Source: Bdellovibrionota bacterium FG-1 (GTDB lineage: Bacteria > Bdellovibrionota > UBA1018). From it: a DNA stretch of 64,000 bases. The notes beneath the pieces are model-generated. The model was not told where the DNA came from and did no database searches. It saw nothing but the letters and a program-made list of their open reading frames with translations. The position numbers and the translations under genes were made by a program. Shown here piece by piece: positions 18,435-29,054 of the stretch; within the stretch, counting starts at the first letter, position 1; each line of letters starts with the position of its first letter. Location of the stretch: assembly GCA_051382295.1 (NCBI GenBank), contig JBBCAW010000062.1:32001-96000 (forward strand), in the 5' to 3' direction.

Positions 18435-21400
18435 CTAGCGATTCAGAGCCCTCCGAGCCTCCGAAAAAAAGGCGCCGAGCTCCCCATCTTGAATATGACT
18501 ACTCAGGGTTTTGAAAATACCCATGACTCCCTCTGGGTTTCGTCGACCTAACAAGAAAAACTGGTCCAATTCACCCTTCTCCAGGCGTTCGGCCAAATAA
18601 AGCCGAATTTTTAACGCGGTTATTTTTGCCATAGGATCAGGGTCTCGCTCCTCAAAAAAATCCAAAGCACCTCGACCCAACCTATCCAAGCCGAGCGCCC
18701 CATACTCTGGCAAACTGGTCAAGATGCCCCACCGTGCATTCACCTCTTGCCATGCCTCGCGCGCCCCCTGGGTATCCTCGTCCACGGCACGCAAAACATT
18801 CAAACCATCCACTGCCAATGTGGACTCCTCAAAAAATTCTCGAATCAAATCTCCCAAATGTTCCTTAGTGGGTTGATCGGTATCCTCATAGAGGGCCCTC
18901 ATCAGATCAGCGATCTTCTTTGATCGCAGCAACCCTTCTATCTTATCCGTATTTTGCGCAAGATAACTTAAATGCGCGTGTAATACAGCACCCCCTGTCT
19001 TAACAACCGGTTGAATTAAACCCAGTGGTCCCGCTTGAGCCAAGGCAAAAAAAGCCATCTGCCTCATTCGGGTATTTTCACGCCCCCACTCAGAGCGAAT
19101 TCGATTCACCTCGTCTACAGACTTTCCTTGAATTTCTTTACTATGTGCGTCATCAAGACTGCGCCCCTCTGCTGCATCGATCACACCAAAGATATTTTTA
19201 AGTACACCCCAAATCAACTCGTGCTTAGAATCCAGCAAAGGATCAACCAAAGAATGAGCCGTGTAATGTGGGTGAACGGGATCCTGCGGGTTATCTACCG
19301 TGGTCGCGCCCTCCATCAGCGAATCAAAAAAATCGACTACCCGAGAATCGTCCACACTCCACCCTTTTAAATGTCGCGTCGCTTCACGGGTTAAGCCCAA
19401 TCGCACAAGCCGATTGATCACCGAGAGGTTGTTTTTAAAGCCGTCGGCAACACGATGAAAATCCGCCTTTTGATATTCATCTGGGGTACTATAATAAAGC
19501 TGATAAAACAGATCCCTCATGATTCGCATTCCATTGACGAATTTTCCGCCCTGACCAAGCGGATAACCTCGTCGAGGCAGATTTTCTTCCAACACACTCA
19601 GCACCTGCTCAAGATTAAACAAGTAGCGACGCATCTGAGGAATATCAAAACCCGGCATCCAGCGAGGAACACCTACCGTATGAGGGGTAGGATCCCAGAC
19701 CTCCTCTGGATCTCCCTCTTGCTGACAAGACGGTAAATTTGGCAAACCTACCACATGCAAAAACATGTTTTTAGTGCCGATAATATCATGAACCGCCTCC
19801 GCCAAAGTAGGCGGTCGAGAACCTCGATATTTCTCTCGAATGTTTTGGGGCCAGGATTCTCTTGGCTCATCCCCCCAGGCATCGGCCACTTTCGACAAAA
19901 ATAACAAACTGAAATTACGATGGTTGCCAAAATCTGGCAAAAACCGCCCCGGAACAAAAGGCCAGATGCTCCAAAAATCCGCGTTCATGAGCACGAGTTC
20001 AAATCGATCCATCGTGCTCACCAGCCTCACGCGTGGTCGAGCCTCACCTGGAAAAAAATAAGAAATCAAACGGTGATCATCCGATCGATCCATCAGAAAT
20101 TTTCGCAACTCATCCCGATGGTAATGTTGAAACTCATTGGGCACGGTTTGGCCGTCTGGCAGCGTGAAATAGCGCAACACGTTCAACATGCTATCCAGCA
20201 CACCGCCCTCACCCACCTTGGTCAGCACATCGTCCAATTGACCCTTAAATTCTTCCAAAGTCCAATCTCGACGTTGCGAACCTCCTACGAGATCCCAAGT
20301 GGTAATGGCCTGTTCCCAATCATCGATAATCTGATGAGTGCGCTGTTGTTTAAATCTCTCGATATCACCCATCGTCGAATGCGACGGAAGGCCATCACAC
20401 TCCTTATTCCACACCCGTCGCTTGATGCGTTCTCGATCATATTCACTCAAGGGACCCACGAGTTCAACCTCGGGTTTACTGTCCAATAATCCGTCCATAT
20501 AGCGCAAAATTCGGACAAAATCGTCGCGCCGAAAAACACGTGCTACAAAACCTTCCAACCGCCGGATTGAAGGCCTGATTCGCTCATCCATCACCGGCCT
20601 GAGTAACTCCACCACAGGCGCCACCACCGACTCGACCCGGCCCGGAATGCCCTTCACAAAAAGTGGAATCGCATCCAAGCCTTTAAAAATGCGCTGATCA
20701 TCTACGAGCTGAGAAAAACGGTTGACCAAAAATCCAAACTCCTGCGCTCCTAGCGCATGGGCGCCCGCCCCGATCTGACCGACAAAATCCATCCCAAAAC
20801 TAAAGAAATCTCGCCCATCTTCCGTCTTTTCTGACCGCAAAAGCTTCAACGCGTCCTCAAGGTCGTCATGACGACTGTCCGAATTAATGCAATGAGCGAA
20901 GTGATCGAGTTCTTTCTCGAAGTCCCGATCGCGAGTGTTTACCAGCGACACACGCAGATCAAGCTGGCGACAATCCGAATTAGCCAGGGAGAACTCCTCG
21001 CGCTTGCCGAAATGGTTTAAATCAGCCGAAATCAGGTTATGCCGCGCACGAGGGATAAACACTGGCTCAGAAGTCAAATGAATTTCCATTTTTCCTTGAC
21101 TAGAAAATTTATGAAAAACTGAAAGCATCGCGCCCATCAGCTCCTTCAGTCTTCCATCCTTGGCCATATTCGAAAAAAGCCGAATCGACGCCTGAAATTC
21201 CTGCAGGTCTGACATCAAAAACAGGGTATTGAAAAGTTCCTGATTGGAATTAGCCTCTGACAAAATTTCTCGAACTAAGTCCACAACCGGATGCACATCA
21301 TTGACATAGTAAGCCTGTCTTAGAGCAATCAGGGCTGGCTCAAGCATTTTTCGGTCTGTTGCCAAAAAATGGCGCATACTGAAAATAAAATTGTAAAAGC

Positions 21401-22895
21401 TTTGTCGCGAATTCCGCGATACTGCCCGACTGAGCACATCGTAAACGCTTTCTTTATCCCCCTGAGAGCCCAAGGTCTTTTCAACCAAAAAACCAAGCTC
21501 GCTCCGAATCCCTGCCCGATCCGCCTCACGGGGGACCGAAAGCAGCAGAACCAGATCTTCCCATGCATGACGGTCCGTTAATTCAGCCAAAACGGGAAGA
21601 AGTCGTTTAAGTCCCGCGGTATTTTCGGAAGGACCTCCCACTGCTGCGTATTCGGCGCTGCCGGTGTCCGATAAAAGATCGACCACCATCTTAGTCATTT
21701 TTGGACTGACTCCCTGAGTGGCCTTGATGATATCCACAACGGGTTCGATAGCTGCAGTATCCGCTAGCGAAACGATCGCTGGATAAAAATCACCCAGTTG
21801 GCGTGGCAACTCACAAATAGGATTGAGCGCCATCAAAGTCAGGGGATTGGACCGTTTCAAAAAAGATGAGGCACTCGGAGTTTCAAGCCGTACCAACTCA
21901 TCCACCATGAACATTGCACCATCGGAAACTGAAACACCGCCCTTCAGACAGGAAATCGGACGATGCGAGTAATGCAAAAGAGAGCTCAGTCCATCCAGCA
22001 ACTGAGCATTATGAGACAGGGTCACGTCCAAAATCGACGCCAATCTGGGTACGGTTAAACCCAAGCGAGCGACATCGGATCCCAATACGGCTGGGTTATC
22101 CAAAACCGAAAAAAAGTTTCCAGAGATCACTTCGCCAATCAACTTGTTCCCGGCATCCACATGCCGGGGATCTCCAATGTCCTGCAAGTAACCCAGGACA
22201 CCATCGGTCAAATCGCGAAGTTTTCGACCCGATAAACTATCGCCGTGGAAACGCTCTTGCAGCGCACCAAAGGACCGCGCCTGCGCAATAGTCAACGCAG
22301 CATCCGTGAAGTCAGAGATATGATCGAGGGACAAACGCGTCGATAGCCGTTCGATCGCCAACAAAAGCGTGCGATCCGCCGAGAAATTCGAAGTTCCCCC
22401 CTCTTCGTTAAATCCTTCCTTCAATAAAGCAATCGAACTTGAGACAAACTCCTCATTTTCCAAAAGTCGGCCGAATTCCACCAAACTGTTATCTAATATT
22501 TTTTTTTCGCTCAACGTTTCAAAAGTCCGCTCCAGCTGAAAAAGAAGCTTTCGGTCGTTTAAAAGGTATCGATTGACAATCCGAACGAGCGGCTGCAAAT
22601 CAACATCCGCCAGCCGACTCGTCAAATTTTCTATTGGCTCAATCGCGCCATGGGAATTAAAACAATGAATAAGCCGTCTAAAAATCGGAACATCTAGACT
22701 AGGGCTCGAAATGTCGATCCCAGAGCAGCTCGTATTCACCCGTCGGTAGCCCGGTGTATTTACAACTCCACCGTCTTGACTTTCACCCCAGAACGTCGCC
22801 GGGGAACACCCGTCCAAGGCTACACAGAGGCCCAAAAGGGCAGTAAATTTACAAAAAGTCTTAAAATTCAACCACACAACGCGGTGTAGTATCAT
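18435..22895 (-). CDS. Very large hypothetical lipoprotein
   Basis: 1486-aa uninterrupted ORF, probable LDGC lipobox, predicted largely helical; no catalytic motif recognised. Confidence 0.82.
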   Translation of the reverse strand: MILHRVVWLNFKTFCKFTALLGLCVALDGCSPATFWGESQDGGVVNTPGYRRVNTSCSGIDISSPSLDVPIFRRLIHCFNSHGAIEPIENLTSRLADVDLQPLVRIVNRYLLNDRKLLFQLERTFETLSEKKILDNSLVEFGRLLENEEFVSSSIALLKEGFNEEGGTSNFSADRTLLLAIERLSTRLSLDHISDFTDAALTIAQARSFGALQERFHGDSLSGRKLRDLTDGVLGYLQDIGDPRHVDAGNKLIGEVISGNFFSVLDNPAVLGSDVARLGLTVPRLASILDVTLSHNAQLLDGLSSLLHYSHRPISCLKGGVSVSDGAMFMVDELVRLETPSASSFLKRSNPLTLMALNPICELPRQLGDFYPAIVSLADTAAIEPVVDIIKATQGVSPKMTKMVVDLLSDTGSAEYAAVGGPSENTAGLKRLLPVLAELTDRHAWEDLVLLLSVPREADRAGIRSELGFLVEKTLGSQGDKESVYDVLSRAVSRNSRQSFYNFIFSMRHFLATDRKMLEPALIALRQAYYVNDVHPVVDLVREILSEANSNQELFNTLFLMSDLQEFQASIRLFSNMAKDGRLKELMGAMLSVFHKFSSQGKMEIHLTSEPVFIPRARHNLISADLNHFGKREEFSLANSDCRQLDLRVSLVNTRDRDFEKELDHFAHCINSDSRHDDLEDALKLLRSEKTEDGRDFFSFGMDFVGQIGAGAHALGAQEFGFLVNRFSQLVDDQRIFKGLDAIPLFVKGIPGRVESVVAPVVELLRPVMDERIRPSIRRLEGFVARVFRRDDFVRILRYMDGLLDSKPEVELVGPLSEYDRERIKRRVWNKECDGLPSHSTMGDIERFKQQRTHQIIDDWEQAITTWDLVGGSQRRDWTLEEFKGQLDDVLTKVGEGGVLDSMLNVLRYFTLPDGQTVPNEFQHYHRDELRKFLMDRSDDHRLISYFFPGEARPRVRLVSTMDRFELVLMNADFWSIWPFVPGRFLPDFGNHRNFSLLFLSKVADAWGDEPRESWPQNIREKYRGSRPPTLAEAVHDIIGTKNMFLHVVGLPNLPSCQQEGDPEEVWDPTPHTVGVPRWMPGFDIPQMRRYLFNLEQVLSVLEENLPRRGYPLGQGGKFVNGMRIMRDLFYQLYYSTPDEYQKADFHRVADGFKNNLSVINRLVRLGLTREATRHLKGWSVDDSRVVDFFDSLMEGATTVDNPQDPVHPHYTAHSLVDPLLDSKHELIWGVLKNIFGVIDAAEGRSLDDAHSKEIQGKSVDEVNRIRSEWGRENTRMRQMAFFALAQAGPLGLIQPVVKTGGAVLHAHLSYLAQNTDKIEGLLRSKKIADLMRALYEDTDQPTKEHLGDLIREFFEESTLAVDGLNVLRAVDEDTQGAREAWQEVNARWGILTSLPEYGALGLDRLGRGALDFFEERDPDPMAKITALKIRLYLAERLEKGELDQFFLLGRRNPEGVMGIFKTLSSHIQDGELGAFFSEARRALNR

Positions 22896-23020
22896 TCCAT
22901 ACTAAATTAATCAACGATAGAAACAAAGAGCATACTTTCCTCATGATATCAACACTTTCTACTTGTATCAGACCCCTGGTTTTCGATATGAATAAACTGA
23001 AAAAATAGGAGATCTCTAAA

Positions 23021-23395
23021 ATGGCTCAGACTGGTTCTTCTAAAAAAAATAAGTCCCGTGTTTCCCAAGTTCTCGATCAGGCTCGAGAATCCCTTAAGCT
23101 CCTAGAAACTCTTGAAAAAGAAACCTTGGCCAAGGCCAAGACCTTTGTTCGTAATCCGCTTCAGGCCGAACGACGCAAAAAAATGGCCAATGAGAAAATT
23201 TTGGCCAAATTTAAAACGATGGGCGTCGCCACCTCGACCGAAGTTCGTGCTCTTGAAGAAAAAATCGAGAGACTCGAAAGAGAGTTTGCCGCACTTCAGG
23301 CCATGGTCGCTGAATCACAACTCAAACGAGCTGCCAAGGCAGCGAATAAGACAGCACCAACTCCTCCATCGACGGAAACATTTCCGAATACTTAA
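23021..23395 (+). CDS. Small coiled-coil protein (phasin/PhaF-like C-terminal pattern)
   Basis: AGGAG SD; GVATSTEVRALEEKIERLE resembles the phasin-type AT..E...L...I..LE motif. Confidence 0.7.
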   Translation: MAQTGSSKKNKSRVSQVLDQARESLKLLETLEKETLAKAKTFVRNPLQAERRKKMANEKILAKFKTMGVATSTEVRALEEKIERLEREFAALQAMVAESQLKRAAKAANKTAPTPPSTETFPNT

Positions 23396-24924
23396 AACCC
23401 CACCTGATCGCCTCTATCGGGCCGCGGCGGATGTACCGGCGTCCCTGGGGCATCGCTGGCTAGATTCGCAAACAAGGTGTATTCGGATAGCCAAGCCAGC
23501 CGAATCGTAGCGGTTTCACCGGCACGGTGTTTGCCGACAATCAGCTCCGCAATGCCTTTTTCTTCAGTGTCTTTATTGTACACTTCATCACGATAGATGA
23601 AGCACACCATATCGGCGTCTTGCTCGATTGCGCCGGACTCACGCAAATCCGAAAGCATCGGACGCTTATTAGGACGTTGCTCAAGACCGCGATTCAGCTG
23701 CGAAAGTGCGATAATCGGCACCTTGAGCTCTTTAGCGAGATTTTTTAGGCCTCGACTGATTTCCGAAATTTCTTGCTCGCGCGAGCCACTCGCTTTTGCG
23801 TTGCGCGACCCCTGCATCAACTGAAGATAATCGATCACAATCAAATCGAGCTTTTTCTCAGTAGCCAGAAGCCGCCGACAACGCGATCGGATGTCCATCA
23901 CCGTAATGCCAGCCGCATCATCAATAAAAATCTTAGCCTTTGAAAGCTGATCAGCCGCCTGGGCTAACCGCGCCCACTCACGATCCGCAATTCGTCCGAC
24001 CTTAAGTCGCTTTGCATCAATTCGAGACATCCCCGAAAGAAAACGCATCCCCAGTTCATCTTTGGTCATCTCAAGAGAAAAAATACTCACCACCGACTTT
24101 GAATGCACTGCCATGTGTTGAGCCATCGACAAAAACATCGATGTTTTTCCCATCGCAGGCCGTGCCGCCAAGACAATCAACTGTCCAGGGCGCATTCCGC
24201 CGGTCAGCTTATCGAAATCGGTAAAGCCCGTCGGAACCCCGATCACATCGGTTTTTCGCGAAGCAAGTTCCTCAATCGTATGCATGTTGGCGACAAGGAT
24301 TTCCTGCATACTCGACATCGTGTCGACTTTGCCGGTATCAGCGACATTGAGAATTTTCGTCTCAACCTCGTCCATAAAGGCTTCCGTATCCTCGATGCCT
24401 TCGTATGCTCGTGCTGCGATTTCAGACGAAGTGTCGATCACCCGACGTAGCAACGCCTTCTCGCGCACAATGCGAGCATAATGGCTCACATTCCCAATCG
24501 CGAAGGTGTCCTCAAAGAGGCTCGTTAAAATCGCACTTCCACCCACCGCCTCATACCAGCCCTTATCGCGCAAGGTCGAGGTCAGAGTGACCAAGTCGGC
24601 CGGCTCTCCCCGACTGACAAGGGCGTAAATCGCATCAAAGATTTTTTGATGCCGCTCATGATAGAAATCGCGGCCCTCGAGACCGACTTCAGAAATTCGA
24701 TAGACTGATTCGTTATTCAGAAGGCAAGCACCTAAAACAGAGCGCTCAGCCTCAAGATTATGAGGTGGAATCCTTCCCCCTGGAGAGCCCGACTTGGACG
24801 AACCAGTCGTCTCCCAAAAAGGAGCCGTAGACACACTCGCAGTACTACCCGATTTTCGAGTAGACTTATCCCAATCGCCAGAAGGCGGATAAAATCCGTC
24901 CCCCGGTCCATTCCCCCCAGACAT
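23392..24924 (-). CDS. dnaB: Replicative DNA helicase DnaB
   Basis: PPHNLEAE, AARPAMGKT, IDYLQL, ALSQLNR, DLRESGAIEQDAD; no intein. Confidence 0.97.
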   Translation of the reverse strand: MSGGNGPGDGFYPPSGDWDKSTRKSGSTASVSTAPFWETTGSSKSGSPGGRIPPHNLEAERSVLGACLLNNESVYRISEVGLEGRDFYHERHQKIFDAIYALVSRGEPADLVTLTSTLRDKGWYEAVGGSAILTSLFEDTFAIGNVSHYARIVREKALLRRVIDTSSEIAARAYEGIEDTEAFMDEVETKILNVADTGKVDTMSSMQEILVANMHTIEELASRKTDVIGVPTGFTDFDKLTGGMRPGQLIVLAARPAMGKTSMFLSMAQHMAVHSKSVVSIFSLEMTKDELGMRFLSGMSRIDAKRLKVGRIADREWARLAQAADQLSKAKIFIDDAAGITVMDIRSRCRRLLATEKKLDLIVIDYLQLMQGSRNAKASGSREQEISEISRGLKNLAKELKVPIIALSQLNRGLEQRPNKRPMLSDLRESGAIEQDADMVCFIYRDEVYNKDTEEKGIAELIVGKHRAGETATIRLAWLSEYTLFANLASDAPGTPVHPPRPDRGDQVGF

Positions 24925-24942
24925 GATGGGATCTCCTAAAAC

Positions 24943-25389
24943 TTATTGTTCTTTTACAACCCAAACTTTAACGGTGGCCGTAACATCAGCATCGAGACGA
25001 ATGGTCACAGGATGCACACCCAAGCTCTTAATAGGATGCTCGAGAATGATATCCTGTTTTTCGATCGGATAGCCAGCCTTTACAAGAGCCGACGAAATAT
25101 CGCTGGAGGTTACAGAACCAAACAACTTATCGTGTTCGCCAGTCTTGCAACCAATGGTGCAAGAAAAGTCAGCCAATTTTTTGGCCAGCTCATCGGCAGA
25201 AGCACGAGCCAAAAGGCGCTTCTTTTCCAATGTTTTTTTGTGATGCTCGATAACAGCAATATTTTTAGCATCAGCAGCGACCACTAGACTTCGCGGCAAA
25301 AGAAAATTGCGGGCGTAGCCATCGGAAACATTAACGACATCACCGATACGACCCAGTTTAGCCACATTTTCACGCAAAACGACCAGCAT
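24943..25389 (-). CDS. rplI: 50S ribosomal protein L9
   Basis: LGRIGDVVNVSDGYARNFLLP, KLFGSVT. Confidence 0.97.
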   Translation of the reverse strand: MLVVLRENVAKLGRIGDVVNVSDGYARNFLLPRSLVVAADAKNIAVIEHHKKTLEKKRLLARASADELAKKLADFSCTIGCKTGEHDKLFGSVTSSDISSALVKAGYPIEKQDIILEHPIKSLGVHPVTIRLDADVTATVKVWVVKEQ

Positions 25390-25437
25390 TGCTTAAACTC
25401 CTTGAAAGAAAAAAACCAAAACCTTTGATATGTCAGC

Positions 25438-26451
25438 CTAAGATGACTGCCTGAACTTGCTCCGAAAGTCAAACCAGAGGTCAAAGAACCCAAGGCTCAA
25501 TAGCAGAGGCATCATCAGAAAAGTCGCAATCAAAAAACCGACTGTTCGAAAGAACCCACGAACCTTCCACAAATCAAAAAAGAAGCTCAAAACACTCAAG
25601 CCCTGAATGGCATAAATCGCCATAAAAAACCTGAACAAATTCAGCGATATATACGAAATCCGCCCTACTTCCACGATCAAAAAAAACGCCGTAACAATCG
25701 TTGGCCACACCAGCCATTCTGGAGCCTTCCACTCGCGCAAAAACCGGGCATTAAGTCCCATTTTGTCACGAATCCCTGCAGGATTAATTCGAAGCAACGT
25801 TACGAGGTTAGCCCACACCAGGACCAGAGCAAAAACAGCGACGGCAGAAGGGAACTCCCGAAACAAGTTTTTCTTCCATTCATCGATATCCCCAGGACTT
25901 AACGAGGACCCATTTGACATGGATTGCTGCAAAAAATCAACCATCGCAGAGATCTGCAAACGGACCTCTTGCATCCAGTTCACTGAGTGTCCAAAAGAAT
26001 ACCAAGCCAATACCACAACCCCGCAAACACCCGCCGTAACCAAACTCATTGCGGCTATTTTCTCTAAAGACTTTCGACGATCAATCCCCTCGCTCATAGA
26101 AACGGCTACGGCCACGACAAAAATAAAGTAAAACGCAAGACTAACCGTCCCTGCGGCGACGCCGACGATGAGACTATTAGTTAAAATCGCAATGAATGAC
26201 CACTTTCGACCCGCCCGAAACCGTAAAAAAAGAATCGGAAGCGGTGCGAAAATTGAAAACAAGGCGCTCAAAAAAAAGAAGGCGCTCAGAAAAAAAGGAA
26301 CTACTCTCAACCATAAAGGCGTCGAGATCGGCTTTCTTCCTGGCATTCCATCTGGAAGTCCGGAAACTTCATCTCCACCCCGAGACGTACCGAGACCCGA
26401 AACGTTCGAATCCGAAGGCTGATGATGAAGCGAAGTTTCCGACGATTCCAT
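25438..26451 (-). CDS. DUF2232/YybS-family membrane protein
   Basis: Multi-TM protein with QGLS and LG..D.WFDFR motifs; conserved position between rpsR and rplI. Confidence 0.85.
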   Translation of the reverse strand: MESSETSLHHQPSDSNVSGLGTSRGGDEVSGLPDGMPGRKPISTPLWLRVVPFFLSAFFFLSALFSIFAPLPILFLRFRAGRKWSFIAILTNSLIVGVAAGTVSLAFYFIFVVAVAVSMSEGIDRRKSLEKIAAMSLVTAGVCGVVVLAWYSFGHSVNWMQEVRLQISAMVDFLQQSMSNGSSLSPGDIDEWKKNLFREFPSAVAVFALVLVWANLVTLLRINPAGIRDKMGLNARFLREWKAPEWLVWPTIVTAFFLIVEVGRISYISLNLFRFFMAIYAIQGLSVLSFFFDLWKVRGFFRTVGFLIATFLMMPLLLSLGFFDLWFDFRSKFRQSS

Positions 26452-26459
26452 AATTGAGC

Positions 26460-26768
26460 TTAGTTGCCCATCGACACGTAGCCAACGAGCGCAAGATTGC
26501 GGGCGCGCTTAACCGAAGAGGTCAGGGCACGCTGATGTAACGCACAGTTTCCAGAGATTCGGCGCGGAACGATCTTCCCATGCTCGGTCACAAAGGACTG
26601 CATCATGCGAATATCTTTATAATCCATGACAAAATCCTGATCGGAGCAGAAACGGCAGACTTTCTTACGAGTAAAGCTGCGGCGCCCGCCGCCATCGGCA
26701 TCTTTGTCCTGACGATCAGAGCGGTCGTCTCGGTCGCGCATATCGGTTTTCAAGTGGGTTGTAGCCAT
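26460..26768 (-). CDS. rpsR: 30S ribosomal protein S18 (Zn-binding C+ type)
   Basis: [26 protein letters not shown]. Confidence 0.97.
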   Translation of the reverse strand: MATTHLKTDMRDRDDRSDRQDKDADGGGRRSFTRKKVCRFCSDQDFVMDYKDIRMMQSFVTEHGKIVPRRISGNCALHQRALTSSVKRARNLALVGYVSMGN

Positions 26769-26812
26769 TGAGTATATCCTCTTTAAAAAATTGTATTTCT
26801 TTAGATCTCGCC

Positions 26813-27337
26813 TTAAATCTCGTCTGACTCAACATCGCTAACGTCGTCCACGACATCAGGGGCTGGTCCGCGATGACGGCTTTCCGAATGACCTCGATCA
26901 TCTCCGTAGCCACGCCGCTCTTGCATGCGCTCTTCACGACGAGCTTCACGTTCCTCTTCACGACGCTTGGCAGCGGCATGGAGTTCGGCACGGCGCTTAG
27001 CAAAAACCTCACCGTCAAATTCTTTTTCCAAATTCACGGTCAAGAAGCGAAGCACGTGCTCATGGAGACGAAGATTACGTTCAATTTCATGAACGATGTC
27101 ACTGGTGCCAGTATACACAAAATAGGTATATTGCCCACGAGCCTCTTTGTGGATCGGATAAGCCAGCTTACGCTTACCCCAGTCTTCTTGCAGTACGACT
27201 TGTCCTTTATAAGCGGACACTACGCCATTCAAACGTTCCTGCAGTACCTTTAAGGCATCATCGGACATCTCAGCGCGAGTAATAAAGGTCGTTTCGTAAC
27301 CGGGCAAAATACTTGCACCGGCAGTTTCATTTGCCAT
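26813..27337 (-). CDS. rpsF: 30S ribosomal protein S6 with charged C-terminal extension
   Basis: [20 protein letters not shown]. Confidence 0.96.
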   Translation of the reverse strand: MANETAGASILPGYETTFITRAEMSDDALKVLQERLNGVVSAYKGQVVLQEDWGKRKLAYPIHKEARGQYTYFVYTGTSDIVHEIERNLRLHEHVLRFLTVNLEKEFDGEVFAKRRAELHAAAKRREEEREARREERMQERRGYGDDRGHSESRHRGPAPDVVDDVSDVESDEI

Positions 27338-27344
27338 AACTTCT

Positions 27345-27430
27345 CTCCTTTTGGTTAATGAACCGACTTATGGTTTTCCGGCTCAAAAGCCCATTTGCCT
27401 GAAATCAATGACCAGACACCTGAGCAAGGT
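27345..27430 (-). promoter_or_regulatory. Possible S6:S18-binding rpsF leader RNA
   Basis: Minus strand reads CCTTGCTCA...TGAGCCGG...CCAAAAGGAG. GCTCA/TGAGC stem, CCG next to it, and CCTT able to pair with the AAGG of the SD, as in the described S6:S18 leader motif. Confidence 0.45.
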
Positions 27431-27505
27431 TAACTGAGCAGCAGGATGCCACTCTTCTTCGTTTAAAGAAGCGGTGGAATTAACACAACGATTGGGGATT
27501 ATCCA

Positions 27506-28330
27506 CTACGGTTTTGGGGAGGGCTCACTGGAACGACCGACCAGAGCGTTTTTCTCGACTTCGGCGGCTTCGCGCTCTTCACTGGTCGCCTCGGCAGACC
27601 GCCTGAGCCCCATCCAGTGAACCACCCAAATGGAGCACTCGTAAAGTAGAACCAACGGCCCCCCCAACAAGAGCATGGAAACCGCGTCGGGTGGCGCAAA
27701 GAGGGCCGACACCACTGTAATTAAAATAATAGCCATTCGGCGTTGCTTACGGAGCATGGGTGCATCCACCACACCCAAAAAACCTAATAAGCACACCAAA
27801 ACAGGGAGTTCAAACGACATCCCAAAAAGCAACAGAAGCTTAAGCACGGTGCCATAGTAGGAATCTATGGTCAGCATGGGAACATCCGAGGGGGAGCCGT
27901 AATGCACGAAGTAATCAAATCCCACCGGCATGAGAACAAAATAAGCAAAGCCGGCCCCTGCCGCAAAAAAGAAGGTCGCCGCCCCCACAAAGGGGAACAC
28001 CAACCGACGCTCTTTGGGATAAAGCCCCGGCGCGATAAAGCCCCATATTTGGAAGAAAAAATAAGGAGAAAGAAAAAAGAGGGACGCGTACCCCGAAATT
28101 TTAAGATGGGTCAAAAAGTTCTCAAAAAGACTCGTAAAATATAACTTTCGTTGCTCCGGCGGCAGCGCATTAAAAAGCGGCCTACGCAAAACAGCCAGCA
28201 TGGGTTCTGAAACAAAATAGAGGGCAACAAATCCGCCCATAAATACCCAGAGCGAACGGATCAATCTGACCCGTAATTCCTCCAAGTGACTATAAAAGCT
28301 CATGCTCTTCACGTTATTCTCTTGAGACAT
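27506..28330 (-). CDS. tatC: Twin-arginine translocase subunit TatC
   Basis: HLEELRVRL, QIWGFIAPGLYPKE, FELP, APPD. Confidence 0.96.
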   Translation of the reverse strand: MSQENNVKSMSFYSHLEELRVRLIRSLWVFMGGFVALYFVSEPMLAVLRRPLFNALPPEQRKLYFTSLFENFLTHLKISGYASLFFLSPYFFFQIWGFIAPGLYPKERRLVFPFVGAATFFFAAGAGFAYFVLMPVGFDYFVHYGSPSDVPMLTIDSYYGTVLKLLLLFGMSFELPVLVCLLGFLGVVDAPMLRKQRRMAIILITVVSALFAPPDAVSMLLLGGPLVLLYECSIWVVHWMGLRRSAEATSEEREAAEVEKNALVGRSSEPSPKP

Positions 28331-28390
28331 CCTGAGTTGGGAGTAGAAGGTATAGCTTTGAGTTTCAAGTAGAAATGGAGTGATCTATCC

Positions 28391-29047
28391 ATGCGTCACC
28401 GGATACTGCCGGCTTTGTTCGTCATAATATTGTGTGTTTTCGTTGCCTTAGGTGTTGTTTTTGCTCGCAAAAACACCGTTCGCGAAAGCGCCGTGCAACC
28501 TGCCCTTCCCATCGCAACCCCTTCGGTTGTGGCACTGACCTCACCTACTCCGTCACCGTCCACCACCGTTGCTCCAACCCCCAATCCATCACCGGATCTG
28601 AGCGTCGATCCGAGCGGACTCTCTAATGCAACAGTCGTGATCACGACGACCCAGGGGGTTATCAAATTTAAGTTCTACCCCCAGGACGCCCCCAACACGA
28701 TTCAACGTTTAATCGTACTGATGAATCAGGGTTTTTATAATGGACTGGTCTTTCACCGGGTTGTGCCCGGATTTGTTATTCAAACGGGCGACCCCCTGGG
28801 CAATGGGACCGGCGGAAGCGGACAGAAACTCAAAGCCGAGTTTAATAACCGCCGCCACATAGAAGGTACCGTCGCGATGGCGCGAGCTCAAGACCCAGAT
28901 TCGGCGGATTCGCAATTCTATATCAGCCTAGGGACCCTACCTCACCTCGATCACGGCTACACGGTGTTTGGGCAGGTGATTGAGGGGATGGACGTCGCAA
29001 AGAAGATCAAGATCGGGGATAAAATGACCTCGGTGAGAATTGAGTAG
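28391..29047 (+). CDS. Membrane-anchored cyclophilin-type peptidyl-prolyl isomerase
   Basis: FYNGLVFHRVVPGFVIQTGDP, SADSQFYI, YTVFGQVIEG; N-terminal TM and Pro/Thr linker. Confidence 0.94.
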   Translation: MRHRILPALFVIILCVFVALGVVFARKNTVRESAVQPALPIATPSVVALTSPTPSPSTTVAPTPNPSPDLSVDPSGLSNATVVITTTQGVIKFKFYPQDAPNTIQRLIVLMNQGFYNGLVFHRVVPGFVIQTGDPLGNGTGGSGQKLKAEFNNRRHIEGTVAMARAQDPDSADSQFYISLGTLPHLDHGYTVFGQVIEGMDVAKKIKIGDKMTSVRIE

Positions 29048-29054
29048 CCCCGCC

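Noticed and set aside
26769..26812. Absence of ssb/priB between rpsF and rpsR
   Set aside because: The rpsF-rpsR-DUF2232-rplI-dnaB order is common in deltaproteobacteria-like lineages.
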